Below, in pieces: positions 60,927-64,000 of a stretch of DNA of 64,000 nucleotides (positions are counted from its first letter, which is position 1; every line of letters starts with the position of its first letter). The stretch spans positions 20,979-84,978 of the forward strand of contig JBASAA010000006.1 of the NCBI GenBank assembly GCA_049650385.1, read 5' to 3'. The notes under the pieces are model-generated. The model worked only from the letters and a program-made list of their open reading frames with translations, was not told the origin of the DNA and made no database searches. The translations under genes were made by a program, and so were the position numbers. The stretch comes from Mesorhizobium sp. GTDB taxonomy: Bacteria; Pseudomonadota; Alphaproteobacteria; Rhizobiales; Rhizobiaceae.

Positions 60927-61882
60927 GGGGCGTTCCAGCATGCCACGAAATGCCCCTCCGCGATCTCGCGCAAAGCGGGAACTGCCTTGCAGGCTTCGGT
61001 CGCGCGGGGGCAACGCGGCGCAAAACGGCATCCGCTGAGTTCCATCGCCCCCTGGACGCTGCCGGGAATGGTCGGCACCGGTTCGTCCCAGCCGCCGTCC
61101 AGCTTCGGAATGGAGTGAAGCAGGCCGCGTGTATAAGGATGGGCGGGGTTCGCGAACAGGGCGGTGGTCGGGGCCATCTCGACGATCACCCCGGCATACA
61201 TCACCGCCACGCGATCGGTCATGTCGGCGACGACTCCGAGGTCGTGCGTGATGAGGACGACGCCCATGCCCAGCCCGCTGGTCAGTTCACGCAGGAGATC
61301 GAGGATCTGCGCCTGCACGGTGACGTCGAGCGCGGTCGTGGGCTCGTCCGCGATCAGCAGGCGCGGCGAGCAGGCCATGGCGATGGCGATCATGGCCCGC
61401 TGGCACATCCCGCCCGACATCTCATGCGGATAGGCGAAGAAGCGCTCTTCCGGCGCGGCGATCCCGACCTGCCGCAGGAGATCGACCGCACGCCGGTGGG
61501 CTTCTTGGCGCGAAAGCTTCATATGGGCGTTGAGCGTTTCGACGATCTGGTCGCCGACGCGGATCATCGGGTGCAGCGCGGTGCCCGGGTCCTGGAAGAT
61601 CATGGCGATATCGGCGCCACGGCGCGCGCGCATGGAATCTTCATCGATGTCAAGCAGGTCGACGCCGTCGAGCCGCGCCGCGCCGCCGACCCGCACGTCG
61701 CGCAGCAGGCGCATCAAGGCCAGCGCCGTCGTCGATTTGCCGCAGCCGCTTTCGCCGACAAGGCCCAGCGTCTCGCCCCGCCGGACATCGAAGGAGATGC
61801 CGTCGACGGCTTTTGCGCGCCCGAAGCTGACCTCGAGGCCGCGGACTTCAAGCAGGCTGGAAGCGGCGTCCGGTTCGTTCAT
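60923..61882 (-). CDS. ABC transporter ATP-binding protein (DppD/OppD-like)
   Basis: [20 protein letters not shown]..., Walker [10 protein letters not shown], signature [15 protein letters not shown] and Walker B LIADEP. ATGA overlap with the permease at 61879-61882. Confidence 0.92.
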   Translation of the reverse strand: MNEPDAASSLLEVRGLEVSFGRAKAVDGISFDVRRGETLGLVGESGCGKSTTALALMRLLRDVRVGGAARLDGVDLLDIDEDSMRARRGADIAMIFQDPGTALHPMIRVGDQIVETLNAHMKLSRQEAHRRAVDLLRQVGIAAPEERFFAYPHEMSGGMCQRAMIAIAMACSPRLLIADEPTTALDVTVQAQILDLLRELTSGLGMGVVLITHDLGVVADMTDRVAVMYAGVIVEMAPTTALFANPAHPYTRGLLHSIPKLDGGWDEPVPTIPGSVQGAMELSGCRFAPRCPRATEACKAVPALREIAEGHFVACWNAP

Positions 61883-62760
61883 CGGTCGCGTATCTTCGGA
61901 TCGAGAGCGTCGCGCAGGCCGTCGCCGAGGAAGTTGAAGCTGGAGACGGCCAGCGTAATGGCGATGCCCGGAAAGACCGCCAGCCAGGGGTCCACCTGGA
62001 AGTCGCTCTGCGCATTGGTGAGCATGTTGCCCCAACTCGCGGCCGGTGGCTGGATACCGTAGCCGAGGAAGCTGATATAGCTTTCGAGCAGGATGGCGTT
62101 GGCCGTGTTCAGGGTTGCTGCGACCAGAACTGGCGAAAGCGTGTTGGGCAGGATCTGGCGCAGGATTATGCGCCACGACGGCGCCCCGACCATCTGGGCT
62201 GCGGCGATGAAGTCGGCGGACTTGAGGACGAGAATCTGCGAATAGACGATGCGCGCGATCTCCATCCAGCAGGTCAGGCCGATCATCAGCGACATCGACG
62301 TCAGGCTGGGCGTGACGAAGGCCGCCACGAACAGGAGAAGGAACACGCTCGGGAAGCACAGCATGATGTCGGTCAGCCGCATCAGCAGCGTTCCGATCCA
62401 TCCGCTGTAATAGGCGGCGAATGCACCAATGGAAAAGCCGATGACCACCGTCACCAGCATGGCGGCGATGCCGACCGAAAGCGATATCTGGCCCGCATAC
62501 ATCAGCCGCGTCAGCACGTCCCTGCCGAGATCGTCGGTGCCGAGGATATGGCCGGCAGCAAAGGGCGCCGCGTAGCGGTTGGCGATGTCGAGTTCCTCGG
62601 GATCGAACGGGGCGAGCCAGGGTGCCCCTGCCGAGCCGATCACCAGCACGGCAAGCACGATCAGGGCGGCGACGGCGAGGCGGTGCCGCATTAGGCGTTT
62701 CACCGCCCCGGCTCGTGCCGGTGCCGCGATCGGCGCGATATCGAGGGTCCCTTCAATCAT
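61879..62760 (-). CDS. ABC transporter permease (DppC/OppC-like)
   Basis: 293-aa polytopic ORF with a C-terminal ...FNFLGDGLRDALDPK... typical of DppC. Confidence 0.88.
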   Translation of the reverse strand: MIEGTLDIAPIAAPARAGAVKRLMRHRLAVAALIVLAVLVIGSAGAPWLAPFDPEELDIANRYAAPFAAGHILGTDDLGRDVLTRLMYAGQISLSVGIAAMLVTVVIGFSIGAFAAYYSGWIGTLLMRLTDIMLCFPSVFLLLFVAAFVTPSLTSMSLMIGLTCWMEIARIVYSQILVLKSADFIAAAQMVGAPSWRIILRQILPNTLSPVLVAATLNTANAILLESYISFLGYGIQPPAASWGNMLTNAQSDFQVDPWLAVFPGIAITLAVSSFNFLGDGLRDALDPKIRDR

Positions 62761-63709
62761 GCCCGAGCTTCACCCGCGGATCGACGAACGCCACCACGAT
62801 ATCGGCCAGTAGATTGCCGAGGATCACCACGAAGGCGCCCACCATGAGGATGGCCATCAGCACCGGATAGTCGCGCGTGCCGAGCGCGCTCAGGAACAGG
62901 AGGCCCATGCCCGGCCAGCTGAACACCGTCTCGGCCACCAGCGCGCCGCCCACCAGAAGCGGCAGTTGCAGACCGGCGAGCGTGACCAGCGGAACCAGCG
63001 CCGCCCGCAGGCCGTGGTTCAGGAGCACGCGCGAAGACGTAAGGCCCTTCGAACGGGCGGTGCGCATGAAATCCTGGTCGAGGATTTCCAGCATCGAGGA
63101 GCGCGTATAGCGGCTCCATTGCGCGACCAGCACCAGCGCCAGCACCACCACGGGCAGCACGAGGTGCTGGACCCTGTCGACGAATCCGCCGCCACCGGTA
63201 CTGACCATGCCGCCGGCGGGTAGCCAACCCAGGGTCTGGGCAAAGACGAAGATCGCCAGGAGGCCGAACCAGAAGGTCGGCAGGGACAGCGCCAGCATCG
63301 AGGCTATGGCGCTTGCGTAATCGAAGATCGAGTTGCGGCGCACAGCCGAGACGATGCCGATCGTAACGCCGATCACCAGCGCCAGTGCCAGCGCCGAACC
63401 CATCAGGAGCAGGGTGGCCGGAACGCGGTCGAGGACGATTTCCCGGACCTGCTGGCCGCCGAAAAAGGAATAGCCCCAGTTTCCGGTAGCCATGCCGGAG
63501 GCCCATTTCAGGTATTGGATATAGGCCGGCTGGTCGAGGCCGAACTGGACCTTGATACGCTCGATATCCTGCGCGGTGACGGTGGGGTTCAGCGTATAGA
63601 GCGCCAGTGGGCCGCCCGGCGCGAGATGCATCAGCATGAAGCCGACGACCGAGACGCCGAGCAACAGGACAACGGATTGGGCAAGCCGGCTTATCAGGAA
63701 GCGTGCCAT
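62753..63709 (-). CDS. ABC transporter permease (DppB/OppB-like)
   Basis: MARFLISRLAQSVVLLLGVSVVGFMLMHLAPGGP... is a typical DppB N-terminus. The start is at 63709; the track ORF extends to 63751. Confidence 0.88.
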   Translation of the reverse strand: MARFLISRLAQSVVLLLGVSVVGFMLMHLAPGGPLALYTLNPTVTAQDIERIKVQFGLDQPAYIQYLKWASGMATGNWGYSFFGGQQVREIVLDRVPATLLLMGSALALALVIGVTIGIVSAVRRNSIFDYASAIASMLALSLPTFWFGLLAIFVFAQTLGWLPAGGMVSTGGGGFVDRVQHLVLPVVVLALVLVAQWSRYTRSSMLEILDQDFMRTARSKGLTSSRVLLNHGLRAALVPLVTLAGLQLPLLVGGALVAETVFSWPGMGLLFLSALGTRDYPVLMAILMVGAFVVILGNLLADIVVAFVDPRVKLGHD

Positions 63710-63845
63710 TGGCGGCCCTGCTGCTGGTGCCTCATGATGCGCCGTGCCCACCTGCCTGCGGGCACAGCCGGCAGGCAGGGTTCGATACCCGCCTGCCCGT
63801 CAAGTCCGCTCTTGCCTTCATGATCCCCGTATCGTGCTGTTGCGA

Positions 63846-64000
63846 TCAGGTCGCGGTCCACTCCACGGTATTCCATGAATTGATCGGCGTATAGGCATTG
63901 GGCTTGTAGTTGCCGATGCGGTCCCTGACGCCGACGATCTGCTGGTAGGCATAGATCGGCGCGAACGGCATGTCGTCCAGCAATATCTCCTGGATGCGGT
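63846..64000 (-). CDS. ABC transporter substrate-binding protein, family 5, C-terminal fragment (5' end outside window)
   Basis: My own translation of the reverse strand gives an open frame from the window edge to the TGA (complement of 63846-63848). It reads ...RIQEILLDDMPFAPIYAYQQIVGVRDRIGNYKPNAYTPINSWNTVEWTAT*, a typical family-5 SBP tail, and it heads the permease/ATPase operon. Confidence 0.6.
   Translation of the reverse strand, partial: RIQEILLDDMPFAPIYAYQQIVGVRDRIGNYKPNAYTPINSWNTVEWTAT

Noticed and set aside
1-64000. CRISPR arrays, tRNA/rRNA genes, IS elements, integrases, prophage, toxin-antitoxin or defence genes
   Set aside because: I found no direct-repeat/spacer arrays. No ORF has transposase, recombinase or phage motifs, and there are no long terminal inverted repeats. 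All gaps are under 620 bp and none shows a cloverleaf-like tRNA pattern by eye. A tRNAscan/Infernal run would be needed to exclude small RNAs formally.

Overview
GC-rich, almost wall-to-wall coding DNA whose gene content looks alphaproteobacterial, Rhizobiales-style (inference only). I call 56 CDS. I saw no rRNA or tRNA genes, no CRISPR array, and no transposase, integrase or phage genes. All product calls come from reading motifs in the supplied translations; no searches were run, so they are family-level unless stated.

Layout:
(1) 1-5.0 kb: a polar-amino-acid ABC importer, a Zn-ribbon threonine-synthase-like PLP enzyme, RidA and a convergent IclR regulator.
(2) 5.4-26.1 kb: enzymes I can place only at family level. 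They are a CDO-like cupin, MmgE/PrpD, a luciferase-like monooxygenase, a YhdH/AcuI-type reductase, a flavin-reductase fusion, a four-module rhodanese, a PaaK-like ligase, an SDR lacking the Ser-Tyr-Lys triad, amidohydrolase-2, GST, a class-V PLP enzyme, a monocupin with an Fe3+/polyamine-type ABC importer, GntR, an amidohydrolase and a VOC protein. Their promoter regions share an AT-rich AATGAA/ATGTCAT motif. This is my best candidate for an undescribed pathway or regulon.
(3) 26.7-42.2 kb: a D-amino-acid/hydantoin module. It holds a DauA-like dehydrogenase, RidA, a peptide-type ABC importer, D-hydantoinase, D-carbamoylase, an M20 carbamoylase, an isochorismatase-fold hydrolase, D-aminoacylase, LysR and a HisC-like aminotransferase.
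(4) 42.2-53.3 kb: a one-directional run of soxBDAG, a 2-hydroxyacid dehydrogenase, a non-pyrrolysine MttB methyltransferase, dimethylglycine dehydrogenase and a GlxA/AraC regulator. No corrinoid partner is visible in the window.
(5) 53.6-64 kb: LysR, an aminotransferase, TetR with a second MttB paralogue and an orphan binding protein, then a convergent peptide-type ABC operon.

Many long ORFs in the track are antisense shadow frames of this GC-rich DNA and were rejected.
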